Origin: Squalus acanthias
Taxonomy: Eukaryota
Length of the DNA stretch: 64,000 nt
Assembly (NCBI GenBank): GCA_030390025.1
Contig: CM059432.1
Location: forward strand, 4,030,001-4,094,000
Direction: 5' to 3'
Position numbers and translations under genes: made by a program. The notes under the pieces were generated by a model. It was not told the DNA's origin and did not search any database. It was given only the letters and a program-made list of their open reading frames with translations. Of this stretch, positions 32,031-45,895 are shown in pieces. Within the stretch, counting starts at the first letter, position 1. The number at the start of each line of letters is the position of its first letter.

Positions 32031-33645
32031 CAGAGCCTAGTTAAACAGAAAACAGAACTCATGACCTAAACTACAGCAAAGTCTCCTGATAAAAGCAAGA
32101 GTATTTGTCAGCAAAATACAGTGAGTGGAGGATAGTTACACATTACAAATGACAAAGGAGGAACGGTAGCGTAGTGGTAATGTCACTGGACTAGTAATCC
32201 AGTAGGCCTGGACTCATGATCCATGATCCATGAGACGTGTGTTCGAATTCCCCCACAGCAGCTGGGGAATTTCCATTCAATTAATTAAATAAATCTGGAA
32301 TAAAAAAGCTGGCATCAGTAATGGTAACCATGAAACTATCGGATTGTTGTAAAAACCCAACCCACCCACTAATGTCCTTTAGTGGAAGGAAATCTGCTAT
32401 GTGACTCCAGACCTTCTTCTCACAGCAATGTGGTTGACTCTTAACTGCCCTCTGAAATGGCATGGCAAGTCACTCAGTTGTAACTAACCGCTACGAAACA
32501 TAATGAGAATGAAACCGGACGGACGACCCAGCATCGACCTCGGACACGGCAACGGCAAACCCTGCCCAGTCGACCCTGCAAAGTCCTCCTCACCAAGATC
32601 TGGGGATTTGTGCCAAAATTGGGAGAGCTGTCCCACAGACTAGTCAAGCAACAGCCTGACATAGTCATACTCACAGAATCATACCTTTCAGCCAATGTCC
32701 CGAACTCCTCCATCACCATCCCTAGGTATGTCCTGTCCCACCGGCAGGACAGACCCACCAGGGTGGTGGCACAGTGATAGACAGTCAGGGAGTCCTCAAC
32801 ATTGTCTCTGGACCCCATGAAGCATGGGCAAGGAAACCTCCTACTGATTACCACCTACCGCCCTCCCTCAGCTGATGAATCAGTACTCCTCCATGTTGAA
32901 CACCACTTGGAATGAGCACTGAGAGTAGCAAGGGCATATCATGTACTCTGGGTGGAGGACTTCAATGTCCATCACCAAGAGCGGCTCGGTAGCACCACTA
33001 CTGACCGAGCTGACAAAGTCTTGAAGGACATAACTGTTAGTCTAGGCCTGCGACAGGTGGTAAGAGAACCAACATGAGGGAAAAACCTACTTGACCTTGT
33101 CCTCACCAATCTACCTTTCGCAGATGCATCTGTCCATGACAGCATTGGTAGCAGTGACCACCGCACAGTCATTGTGGAGACGAAGTCCCGTCTTCACACT
33201 GAGGACACCCTCCATCGTGTTGTGTGACACTACCACCGTGCTCAATGGGATAGATTCAGAACAGATCTCGCAGCTCAAAACGGGCCATCCATGAGGCAAT
33301 GTGGGCCATCAGCAGCAGCAGAATTGTATTCTACCACAATCTGTAACCTCATGGCCTGGCATATCCCTCACTCTACCATTACCACCAAGCCAGGGGAACA
33401 ACCCTGGTTCAATAAGGAGTGTAGAAGAGCATGCCAGGAGCAGCACCAGGCATACCTAAAAATGAGGTGCCAACCTGGGGAAGCTGCAACACAGGACTAC
33501 ATGCATGTTAAAAAGTGGAAGCAGCATGCTATAGACAGGGCTAAGCGATCCCACAATCAACGGATCAGATCAAAGCTCTGCAGTCCTGCCACATCCAGTC
33601 GAGAATGGTGGTGGACCATTAAACAACTAACGGGAGGAGGAGTCT

Positions 33646-36600
33646 TGTAGAATTCGCAAAATTATCGCGATTTTATAAAAATAAGAAGGAGACATAAAGT
33701 TTCGTATAAACAGCTTTATTTCAGCAGAATGCTGTCAGGTTTCAAAACGGACACAAACAGCCTGTAAAATGGCCGCCACGCCTCGTGGCAGAAAGTTCTA
33801 GACTTTCAGCAGGCAGACAAGATGGCGCTTCAATAAACATTTCAGCAAGATCGAACAGGACTCAGCACATTTGAGATAATGACAAGACATGATGGGTTTG
33901 CATTTTAAACATAAATACTGAAATCGGTCTCCCAGGTGCAAACAAGGGCTATTGTACTGAGCGATCAAGGACCCATCCAAAGACATTAATATGCAAAATC
34001 CCCACGACTCTACGATGAGAGAGCCGTTTGCGGGTACTTACAGCAAGCATTTGGAAGCCCCAAAACCCCTCCAGGGAGACTACTAGCCGGTTCCACAATG
34101 GGAGAAATATTAACGGGTACTCAGACAGTTACATGTATCACCGAAACCCATTAAAGACGGAGATCACCCCATACAAGAAGTTTGAGCGCCAAAACCCTGA
34201 CAAAAGATAGACATTAAGATTGGGCGGGAAAAGAGGAACTACAGCACTATAACTGTAAAGTACAACCGTCCATCCTTCTCTTGCTGCTTTGACTCGCTGG
34301 AAGGCTGCTGAACTTTTATTCTCTTGCCTACCGGCTCTGGACTCTGATCCGCTAGGATCAACCTCGTGGCTTGCCACGAAGATCTGTGGAGAACTGGGCT
34401 GTGAGGCCTGGAAGCGGGCGCACCATCCCGAGAAGTCGGTAAACGGTGTTGGAACCGAAGGCCCAAGAGGAGATGAGATGAGATGAGATGAGAAGAGAAG
34501 AAGACGACATACTAAATCATAAGTCTAAAAGGACAAAGGATGTTAATAAAACAAGCCTAAAGGCTCTGTGTCTTAATGCAAGGAGTATCCGTAATAAGGT
34601 GGATGAATTGACTGTGCAAATAGATGTTAACGGATACGATGTGATTGGGATTACAGAGACGTGGCTCCAGAACAATCAAGGCTGGGAACTGAACATCCAG
34701 GGGTATTCAACATTCAGAAAGGATAGAATAAAAGGAAAAGGGGGTGGGGTAGCATTGCTGGTTAAAGAGGAGATTAATGCAATAGCTAGGAAGGACATCA
34801 GCTTGGAGTATGTGGAATCAATATGGGTTGAGCTGCAGAACACCAAAGGGCAGAAAACGTTAGTGGGAGTTGTGTACAGACCTCCAAACAGCAGTAGTGA
34901 GGTGGGGGAGGGTATGAAACAGGAAATCAGAGGTGCGTGCAAAAAAGGCACGGCAGTTATCATGGGTGACTTTAATATGCATATAGATTGGGCTACTCAA
35001 ACTGGAAGCAATACGGTGGAGGAGGATTTCCTGGAGTGTTTAAGGGATGGTTTCCTAAACCAATATGTTGAGGAACCAACTCGAGGGGAGGCCATCCTGG
35101 ACTGGGTGTTGTGTAATGAGGAGGGACTAATCAGCAATCTTGTGGTACGAGGCCCCCTGGGGAAGAGTGACCATAGTATGGTGGAGTTCTACATTAGGAT
35201 GGAGAAGGAAACAGTTAAGTCAGAGACCATGGTCCAGAACTTAAATAAGGGCAACTTTGAGGGTATGAGGCGTGAATTGGCGAGGTTAAATTGGCAAGCG
35301 ATATTTAAGGGGCTATCAGTGGAAGGGCAATGGCAGACATTTAGAGATCGCATGGATGAACTACAACAATTGTACATCCCGGTCTGGCGTAAAAATAAAA
35401 AAGGGAAGGTGACTCAACCATGGCTAACAAGGGAAATCAGGGATAGTATTAAAACCAAGGAAGTTGCATACAAATTGGCCAGAAGTAGCAGCAAACCCGG
35501 GGACTGGGAGAACTTCAAAACTCAGCAGAGGAGGACGAAGGGTTTGATTAGGGCAGGGAAAATAAAATATGAAGGAAGCTTGCAGAGAACATTAAAATGG
35601 ACTGCAAAAGCTTCTATAAATATGTAAAAAGAAAGAGGTTAGTAAAAACAAACGTAGGTCCCCTGCAGTCGGAAACAGGGGAAGTCGTAATGGGGAACAA
35701 GGAAATGGCAGATCAATTGAACAAGTACTTTGGTTCGGTGTTTACTGTGGATGACACACACAACCTGCCGGAAATAAAAGGGGTCAGAGGATCTGGTAAG
35801 AGGGAGGAGCTGAGGGAAATCCTTATTAGTCGGGAAAAGGTATTGGGGAAATTGATGGGACTGAAGGCTGAAAAATCCCCGGGGCCTGATGGTCTACATC
35901 CCAGAGTACTTAAGGAGGTGGCCTTGGAAATAGTGGATGCATTGACGATCATTTTCCAACATTCCTTAGACTCTGGATCAGTTCCGATGGAGTGGAGGGT
36001 GGCCAATGTAACCCCTCTTTTTAAAAAAGGAGGGAGGGAGAAAGCAGGGAATTATAGACCGGTCAGCCTGACATCGGTCGTGGGTAAAATGATGGAAGCA
36101 ATTATTAAAGATGTCATAACAGACCATTTGGAAAGTGGCGACATGATAGGTCCAAGTCAGCATGGATTTGTGAAAGGGAAATCATGCTTGACAAATCTTC
36201 TGGAATTTTTTGAGGATGTTTCCAATAGGGTGGACAGGGGGGAACCAGTAGATGTGGTGTATTTGGACTTTCAGAAGGCCTTCGACAAGGTCCCACACAA
36301 GAGATTGGTGAGCAAAGTTAAAGCACATGGGATTGGGGGTAATGTGTTGACGTGGATTGAGAACTGGTTGGCACACAGGAAACAAAGAGTAGGAGTAAAT
36401 GGGTACTTTTCAGAATGGCAGGCAGTGACCAGCGGGGTACCGCAGGGTTCGGTGCTGGGACCCCAGCTGTTTACATTATATATTAATGATTTGGACGAAG
36501 GGATTAAATGTAATATCTCCAAATTTGCGGATGACACTAAATTGGGAGGCAGTGTGAACAATGAGGAGGATGCTAGGATTCTACAGAGTGACTTGGACAG

Positions 36601-38204
36601 GTTGGGTGAATGGGCAAATGTATGGCAGATGAAGTACAATGTGGATAAATGTGAGGTTATCCACTTTGGTGGTAAAAATAGAGAGGCGGACTATTACCTG
36701 AATGGTGGCAGATTAGGGAAAGGGGACGTGCAACGAGACCTGGGCGTCATGGTACATCAGTCACTGAAGGTGGGAATGCAAGTGCAGCAGGCAGTCAAGA
36801 AAGCAAACGGAATGATGGCCTTCATAGCAAGGGGATTTGAGTACAGGAGTAGGGAGGTGATGCTACAGTTGTACAGGGCCTTGGTGAGGCCACACCTGGA
36901 GTATTGTGCGCAGTTTTGGTCTCCTAACTTAAGGAAGGACATTCTTGCTATTGAGGGAGTGCAGCGAAGGTTCACTAGATTGATTCCTGGGATGGCCGGA
37001 CTGACATATCAAGAAAGATTGGGTCAACTGAACTTGTATCCTCTGGAGTTCAGAAGAATGAGGGGGGATCTTATAGAGACATTTAAAATCCTGACTGGTT
37101 TAGACAAATTAGATGCGGGCAGAATGTTCCCAATGGTAGGATTAAGGGGAAGCCATTTAGGACTGAGCTGAGGAGGAACTTCTTCACCCAGAGAGTGGTG
37201 AATCTATGGAATTCTCTTCCACAGAAGGTTGTTGAGGCCAGTTCGCTAAATATATTCAAAAGGGAGTTAGATATAACACTCACAACTAAGGGGATCAAGG
37301 GGTATGGCGAGAAAGCAGGAATGGGGTACTGAGGTAGCATGTTCAGCCATGAACGCATTGAATGGCGGTGCAGGCTCGAAGGACCGAATGGTCTACTCCT
37401 GTACCTATTTTCTATGTTTCTATGTTTCTATGACAATACGTATCGCCACGGTCAGTAAGCCCCGACCGCGCCTGTAAGTCGAATAAACACTTCTTCGAAT
37501 TTTATCGGCTACTCCACAACTGGCCTAGGAAGACCCTTCTTCGAGTTCTATCGAACCGGTGTAGGGCACAGGAAGACTCTTTTTTTGAGTAGTATCAGAA
37601 CTCCGAGGGCAACACAGATCTTCATGACAGCAGACGGTCCAGCCTGCTAGCCGGAGCAGAAACGAGTAAACAAGTGGGGTACAGAGACCCCTGATCAACA
37701 CGTGGATAGTCAGGCGCTGCGGTAAAAACATCCGAGCAGAGTTTCGGAATTCTCCGAGTTATCACGAGTGGTGAGCATGAGTCTCGATCCTACAAATCTA
37801 GATTAGGACAGGTATTGATAGGGGAGGGTTTAAGTTTTAAGGATAATTATAATGTGTGTCCCCTTTTACGATGTGTCGTGCGCTCCTCGTTTCCCTAAAA
37901 TTAGTTTCATAACTGTGTGTAAGATTGTACTGTCGTTAATCTGTGCTTATGACATGTATCTCGTAATCTTGAATAATATGCAATAAAGATTTTCCATTTC
38001 GCACTATTCAACCGGGTCTACCTGAGTCTTCTCTGCATTATTGCTCTCGCACCTAAGTCCAGTGTCAGAACTGTAAGGGCGAGTGGGTCGAACCACTCAC
38101 AGGTGTCTAGTATTACCAGGCTGGCTGGAGACCAGAACAGGCAACAAGGCCTAACCCCGCACTAGCACCCAGGCTAAGCACAGAGCCGCAGGTCACCCCT
38201 TACA
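33646..38204 (+). mobile_element. Solo LTR of a related, diverged ERV subfamily, interrupted by a CR1
   Basis: TGTAGAATTCGC...CCCCTTACA termini; TSD GTCT (33642-33645, 38205-38208); colinear with the reverse complement of the provirus LTR. Confidence 0.92.
34513..37431 (+). mobile_element. 5'-truncated CR1 LINE (ORF2 endonuclease and RT, frameshifted) nested in the solo LTR
   Basis: APE motifs (CLNARS, ITETWL, VYRPP, GDFN, SDH); RT (YLDFQKAFD, FADD); 3' (TTTCTATG)n tail; imperfect duplication GACATAC/GACAATAC. Confidence 0.93.
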
Positions 38205-41200
38205 GTCTCCATGAATATCCCCATCCTCAATGATGGTGGAGCCCAACACGGAAGTGCAAAAGACAAGGCTGAAGCGTTTGCAACCATCTTCAACCAGAAG
38301 TGCCAAGTGGATGATCCATATCAGCCCCCACCATCACAGAAGCCAGTCTTCAGCCAATTTGATTCACTCCACGTGATATCAAGAAACGGCTGAGCGCACT
38401 GGATACAGCAAAGGCTATGGGCCCCGACAACATCCCGGCTGTCGTGCTGAAGACATGTGCTCCAGAACTAGCCGCACCTCTAGCCAAGCTGTTCCAGTAC
38501 AGCTACAACACTGACATCGATCCGACAATGTGGAAAACTGCCCAGGTATGTCCTGTCCACAAAAAGCAGGACAAATCCAACCCGGCCAATTACCGCCCCA
38601 TCAGTCTGCTCTTAATCATTAGCAAAGTGATGGAAGGTGTCATCCAGAGTGCTGTCAAGCGGCACTTACTCACCAATAACCTGCTCACTGATGCCCAGTT
38701 TGGGTTCCGTCAGGACCACTCGGCTTCTGACCTCATTACAGCCTTGGTCCAAACATGGACAAAGGAGCTGAATTCCAGAGGTGAGGTGAGAGTGACTGCC
38801 CTTGACATCAAGGCAGCATTTGACCGAGTGTGGCATCAAGGAGCCCTAGTAAAACTGAAGTCAATGGGAATCAGGGGGAAAATGCTCCACTGGCTGGAGT
38901 CATACCTAGCACAAAGAAAGATGGTTGTGGTGGATGAAGGTCAATCATCACAGCCCCAGGATATCGCTGCAGGAGTTCCTCAGGGAAGTGTCCTAGGCCC
39001 AACAATCTTCAGCTGCTTCATCAATGACCTTCCCTCCTACATAAGGTCAGAAATGGGAATGTTCGCTGATGACTGCACAGTGTTCAGCGCCATTCACAAC
39101 TCCTCAGATAATGAAGCAGTCCATGCCCGCATGCAACAAGTCCTGGACAACGTTCAGGCTTGGGCTGATAAGTGGCAGGTAACATTCGCGCCACACAAGT
39201 GCCAGGCAATGACTATCTCCAACAAGCGAGAGTCTTACCACCTCCCCTTGACATTCAACGGTATTACCATCGCCGAATCCCCCACCATCAACATCCTGGG
39301 GGTCACCATGGACCAGAAACTTAACTGGACCAGCCACATAAATACTGTGGCAACAAGAGCAGGTCAGAGGCTAGGTATTCTGCAGCGAGTGTCTCACCTC
39401 CTGACTCCCCAAAGCCTTTCCACCATCTACAAGGCACAAGTAAGGAGTGTGATGGAATACTCTCCACTTGCCTGGATGAGTGCAGCTCCAACAACACAAG
39501 AAGCTCGACACCATCCAGGACAAAGCAGTCCGCTTGATTGGCACCCCATCCACCACCTTAAACATTCACTCCCTCCACCACCGGCGTACCGTGGCTGCAG
39601 TGTGTACCATCTACAAGATGCACTGCAGCAACTCGCCAAGGCTTCTTCGGCAGCACCTCCCAAACTCGCGAACTCTTCCACCTAGAAGGACAAGGGCAGC
39701 AGGCGCATGGGAACACCACCACCTCCAACTTCCCCTCCAAGTCACACACCATCCTGACTTGGAAGTATATTGGCCGTTCCTTCATCGTCGCTGGGTCAAA
39801 ATCCTGGAACTCCCTCCCTAACAGCGCTGTGGGAGTACCTTCACTACACGGACTGCAGCGGTTCAAGAAGGCGGCTCACCACCACCTTCTCGAGGAGCAA
39901 CTAGGGATGGGCAATAAATGCTGGCCTTGCCAGCGACGCCCACATCCCATGAACGAATTTAAAAAATGTGCGTAAAGGTAATCCCAGTCACTTACAGCAG
40001 TGCGGTCTCCAGGTGTGATTGACGGGGGAATTACCCAATCATTTCCATTCTAGCCGGGCCTTATGGTGATACCATATGTAGCCTTTACAGATGCTGTGCG
40101 CCGCCGACGTAACTTTGCCGTAAGACTGGCGTAACTGGGGTTTTGCACCTTACTTCGAAGTAACACTGCGGTGCGTGGGCAATCTGCGGAATTTCCCGGC
40201 CTGTGTTCTTGCAATGTGTGCTCTTGCCCAGAGTGCAAAAACAATCTTCATGCCTCATGGCGCTCATTAGACTGTAGCAATACAGTCACTGTGCCACTGC
40301 CTACAACGCATTTTGCTACTCAATTTAAAGGAAAAAAAAACCCTTTAATTTATTAATGTAATGCATCTGTCAGAAATATTTTAAATCACTTCACGTGCAA
40401 TGAAATATTTTGAAGTACAACAGCTTGCAGCGCCTTTAATGTAGTAAAACGTCCCAAGGTGCTTCACAGGAGCGATTATCAATCAAAATTTGACACCGAG
40501 CCACATAATGAGATATTACGACAGGTGACCAATAGATTGGTCAAAGAGGTAGGTTTTAAGGAGCGTCTTAAAGAAGGAGATGTAGAGAGAACGCAAAAGG
40601 AATTCTAGCGTTTAGGGTCCCGGCAGCTGATGACACGGCCGCCAATGGTGGAGTGATGAAGATCGGGGATGCACAAGAGGCCAGAATTGCAGAGATCTCG
40701 GAGGGCTGTCGGACTGGAGGAGGTTACAGAGATAAGGAGGGGGGGGCGAGGCCACGGAGGGATTTGAAGCACTCTGACAGTCCTTTACATAGGCAAACAT
40801 GGCAGCCATTTTGTGCACGAGATCGTTGTCTGATACTCTGTGAACTCTCTTCTCTTTGAAGCGTGCCATGGATGCTTTAATGATTACCTGAACTGGCCGA
40901 GAACTTGGCTCAGCATCACAGATGAAGGTTGGCACCTCAAACAATGCAGCAGTCTTTCGAGACTGCAGTGGTCAGCCAAGATTATATCATCAAGTCTTGG
41001 AGCAAGGCTGGAGTCGCAACATTCTGACTGCTACCACTTGAGCCAAGATAACTCAATTTTAAAGATTAATGCTGAGTTGAAGGAGCGTACCTGCGTTATT
41101 TAGCTGCCAAGGCTCTAAGCTCTGGAATTTCCTGCCTAAACCTCTCCGCCTCTCTATCTCTCTCTCCACCTTTAAGACGCTCCTTAAAACCTACCTCTTT

Positions 41201-41423
41201 GACCAAGCCCCTGTCATAATATCTCCTTATGTGTCTCGGTGTCAAATTTTAGTTTGATAATCACTCCTGTGAAGCGCTTTGGGACTCTTTACTACATTAA
41301 AGGCGCTATATAAATACAAGTTGTTGTTGTAAAATAAATAAGTAAGTTGCATTTTATTGGCACCAATGTGACATTTTCCATTTCACACAACAGCCATCGT
41401 GCAGTCCCTGAATGTGAAGGGTA

Positions 41424-43300
41424 ATCATAGAATCATAGAATGGTTACAGCACAGTAGGAGGCCATTTGGCCCCTCGAGCCCGTGCCGGCTCTCTGCAAGA
41501 GCACCTCAGCTAGTCCCACTCCCCCGCTCTTTTCCCGTAGCCCTGCAAATTTTTTTCCTTCAGGTACTTATCCAACTCCCTTTTGAAAGCCGTGATTGAG
41601 TCTGCCTCCACCACCCTTTCAGGCAGTACATTCCAGATCATAACTACTCGCTGCCTAAAAAAGTTTTTCCTCATGTCGCCTTTGGTTCTTCTGCCAATCA
41701 CCTTAAATCTGTGTCCTCTGGTTCTCGACCCTTCTGCCAATGGGAACAGTTTCCCTCTATCTACTCTGTCCAGACCCCTCATGATTTTGAACACCTCTAT
41801 CAAATCTCCTCTCAACCTTCTCTGCTTTAAGGAGAACAACCCCAGCTTCTCCAGCCTATCCACGTAACTGAAGTCCCTCATCCCTGGAATCATTCTCGTA
41901 AACCTTTGCTGCACCCTCTCTAAGGCCTTCACATCCTTCCTAAAGTGCGGGGCCCAGAATTGGACACAATACTGCAGATGAGGCCGAACCGGGTTATTTA
42001 TAAAGATTCCTTTAGGAGCCTTGTTTACTGTTCAACAATTGAGTTAGCCACATTATTGCTTCTTTGCTTTTGTACTCTATGCCTCTATTTATGAAGCCCA
42101 GGACCCCATATGCTTTTGTAACCGCTTTCTCAACCTGCCCTGCCATCTTCAACGATTTGTGCACATATACCCCCAGGTCTCTCTGTTCATGCACCCCCTT
42201 TAGGATTGTACCCTTTACTTTATATTGCCTCTCCTTGCTCTTCCTACCAAAATGTATCACTTCACACTTTTCTGCATTAAATTTCAACTGCCACGTGTCC
42301 GCCCATTTCATCAGCCTGTCTATGTCTTCCTGAAGTCTATCACTATCCTCCTCACTGTTCACTATACTTCCAAGATTTGTGTCATCTGCAAATTTTGAAA
42401 TTGTGGCCTGTACACCCACGTCCAAGTCATTAATATATATCAAGAAAAGCAGTGGTCCTAGTACCGACCCCTGGGGAACACCACTGTATACCTTCCTCCA
42501 GTCCGAAAAACAAGCGTTCACCACTACTCTCTGTTTCCTGTCACTTAGCCAATTCCGTATCCTTGCTGCCACTGTCCCTTTTATTCCATGGGCTTCAACT
42601 TTGCTGGTAAGCCTATTATGTGGCACTTTATCAAACGCCTTTTGAAAGTCCATGTACACCATGTCAACCGCATTACCCTCATCAACCCACTCTGTTATCT
42701 CATCAAAAAACTCAATCAAGTTAGTTAAACACGATTTGCCTTTAACAAATCTGTGCTGGCTTTCCTTAATTAATCCACACTTGTCCAAGTGACTGTTAAT
42801 TTTGTCCCGGATTATCATTTCTAAAAGCTTGCCCACTACCGAGGTTAAACTGGCTGGCCTGTAGTTGCTGGGTTTATCCTTACACCCTTTTTTGAACAAA
42901 CGTGCAACATTTGCAATTCTCCAGTCCTCTGGCACCATCCCCGTATCTAAGGAGGATTGGAGATTATGGCCAGTACCTCCTCAATTTCCTCCTTAACTTC
43001 CCTCAGCATCCGAGGATGCATCCTATCTGGTCCTAGTGACTTATCTACTTTAAGTACAGCCAGCCTTTCTAGTACCGCCTCTTTATCAATTTTCATCTCA
43101 TCCAGTGTCTCCACTACCTCCTCTTTCACTATGATTTTGGCAGCATCTTCTTCCTTGGTGAAGACAGATGCAAAGTACTCATTTAGTACCTCAGCCATAC
43201 CCTCTGCCTCCATGTGTAGGTCTCGTTTTTGGTCCCCAATTGGTCCCACCCCTCCTCTTACTACCCGTTTACTATTTATTATTTATATGCCTATAGTAAT
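41424..43300 (-). mobile_element. CR1 ORF2 fragment
   Basis: ORFs 41510-41932, 42012-42938 and 42947-43249 with RT motifs; tail at about 41424. Confidence 0.88.
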
Positions 43301-43668
43301 TCATGCCTATTTTGAGGGACTTTTTGTACTGTAAGCCCCATAGCTATTAAGAACTAGACTCAGATAGCCCAATCTCACTTAATTTAAGACCACTGCAGCC
43401 AAGGGTTAGGCAAGACTTCAATTCTTATGTTTGAATCCAGGCCCCAGAGCTGAAAGGTCAGCATTTAAACCACTGCAGGACACAATGCCCAGGCTATACT
43501 TATTTTAACAAAAGACATATTTACACAGGAAATTTGGACAATGAAGGAAAATACTTATCGACAAAAGCAAAATACTGCGGATGCTGGAAATCTGAAATAA
43601 AAACAGAAAATGCTGGAAATACTCATCAGGTCAGGCAGCTTCTGTGGAGAGAGAGAGAGAGAGTTTTT

Positions 43669-44503
43669 GGGCTGGATTTTGTGAATGGAGACGAGTTGGA
43701 GGCGGGACTGCTGCTTGTCATGTCAGTGTCCCGCCTCCATCCTCGCCTGACCAACCAGAGGAATTTTCCCCTGATGGACCTTGTTAAGCCCGCCCAGTGG
43801 GCTCAGCAGGCCAATTAAGGAGGAAGTCACTGACAGAGCACGGCAACGTCTGACATGCTATCTGTCAAGACTTCTTGAAAGAAGAAATGTCAGCGTTTGA
43901 CAGCTCTGTGAAGCTGTCAAACACTGACATTCTGTGTAGTTTGATGCGTCCTTGTGTTCAGGACTCATCAAACCTTTCTACTTTGTAGATTTCAGATGAC
44001 TGTCAGTTAGGAGGATCCAACAGCCAGTCTGTGAAATCGACAAGGAAGATGTCGGGACTCCCGATCCAGAGCAGATGAAGGCTGTAGGCAGAAACCAAGG
44101 TAAGTGAACATTTTTTAACACATTACACTCACCTCACATACTTACCACTCCACACTTACACCCATCACTCAGCTCTACATCACACTTTCAGGCCCCTCTG
44201 ACCCCCGCAGACCTCCTACTTGACTCCTCCAATCCGACGGGGTTCTCCGAGGTCGGGAAGCCTTCACCTGAGAAGGTAAAATGGCACTAATCATTTTTTC
44301 TGACTGTTAACTACCTGTTAACAGGCAGTTAAAAGGATTTAATCCCTTTTCCGCCTCGAGGAGACTGGACCCAAAGCAGCACATCTTCCCGCCTCCTGGC
44401 AAAAGGGAACGAAGGCGGGTTTGCCATCCGCCCCCACTTTCTGCTACTTTACCGGCAGTCCCGCCTCCATACCCGCCTCCTCGGGCCTTGGAAAATCCAG
44501 CCC
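43669..44503. mobile_element. Harbinger-type MITE
   Basis: Same TIR GGGCTGGATTTT/AAAATCCAGCCC; interrupts a Penelope terminus. Confidence 0.75.
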
Positions 44504-44553
44504 AACGTTTCAGGTCGATGACCTTTCGTCAGAACTGGAAAATGTTAGAGATG

Positions 44554-45895
44554 TCATCAGCAAAGTGATGGAAGGTGTCTTCGACAGTGCCATCAAGCAG
44601 CACTTACTAACCTGCTCACTGATGCCCAGTTTGGGTTCCACTAGGACTACTTGGCTCCAGACCTCATTACAGCCTTGGTCCAAACACGGACAAAAAAGCT
44701 GAATTCCAGAGGTGAGGTGAGAGTGACTGCCTTTGACAACAAGGCAGCATTTGACCGAGTGTGGCATCAAGGAGCCCTAGTAAAACTGAAGTCAATGGGA
44801 ATTGGGGGGAAAACTCTCCACTGGCTGGAGTCATACCTAGCACAAAGGAAGATCATTGTGGTGGTGGGAGGTCAATCATCACAGCCTCAGGACATCACTG
44901 CAGGAGTTCCTCAGGGCAGTGTCCTAGGCCCAACCATCTTCAACTGCTTCATCAATGGCCTTCCCTCCACCATAAGGTCAGAAGTGGGGATGTTCGCTGA
45001 TGAATACACAGTGTTCAGTGCCATTCACATCTCCTCAGATAATGAAGCAGTTCATACCCGCATGCAACAAGACCTGGACGACATTCTGGCTTGGGCTGAT
45101 AAGTGGCAGGTAACATTCGCGCCACACAAGTGCCAGGCAATGACTATCTCCAAAAACCGAGTGTCTAACCATCGCCCCTTGACATTCAACAGCATTACCA
45201 ACTCCGAATTCCCCACCATCAATATCCTAGGGGTCACCATTGACCAGAAACTTAACTGGACCAGCCACATAAATACTTTGGCAACAAGAGCAGGTCAGAG
45301 GCTGGGTATTCTGTGGCGAGTGTCTCACCTCCTAACTCCCCAAAGCCTTTCCACCATCTACAAGGCACAAGTCAGGAGTGTGATGGAACACTCTCCACTT
45401 GCCTGGATGAGTGCAGCTCCAACAACACTCAAGAAGCTCGGCACCATCCAGGACAAAGCAGCCCGTTTGATTGGCACCCCATCCACCACCTTAAACATTC
45501 ATTCCCTCCACCACCGGTGTACCATGGCTGCAGTGTGTACCATCTACAAGATGCACTGCAGCAACTCGCCAAGGCTTCTTCGGCAGCACTTCCCAAACCC
45601 ACGACCTCTTCCACCTAGAAGGACAAGGGCAGCAGGCATGGGAACACCACCACATCCAAGTTCCCCTCCAAGTCACACATCATCCTGACTTGGAAGTATA
45701 TCGCCGATCCTTCATTGTCGCTGGGTCAAAATCCTGGAACTCCCTCCCTAACAGCACTGTGGGAGTACCTTCACCACACGGGACTGCAGCAGTTCAAGAA
45801 GGCGGCTCACCACCACCTTCTCAAGGACAACTAGGGATGGGCAATAAATGCTGGCCTTGCCAGCGACGCCCACATCCCATAAATGCTTAAGAAAA
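44554..45895 (+). mobile_element. Family B LINE RT fragment inserted in a Penelope-like element
   Basis: ORF 44651-45688 with RT motifs and the family tail. Confidence 0.85.

Larger units (their letters stand above)
32160..39965 (+). mobile_element. Near full-length non-LTR retrotransposon (CR1/L2-group, 'family B'), degraded; host of the solo LTR
   Basis: tRNA-like 5' head; degraded endonuclease (about 32590-33200); RT ORF 38417-39685 (ALDIKAAFD, GVPQGS, FADD); 3' end GGGATGGGCAATAAATGCTGGCC...poly(A). Confidence 0.88.
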
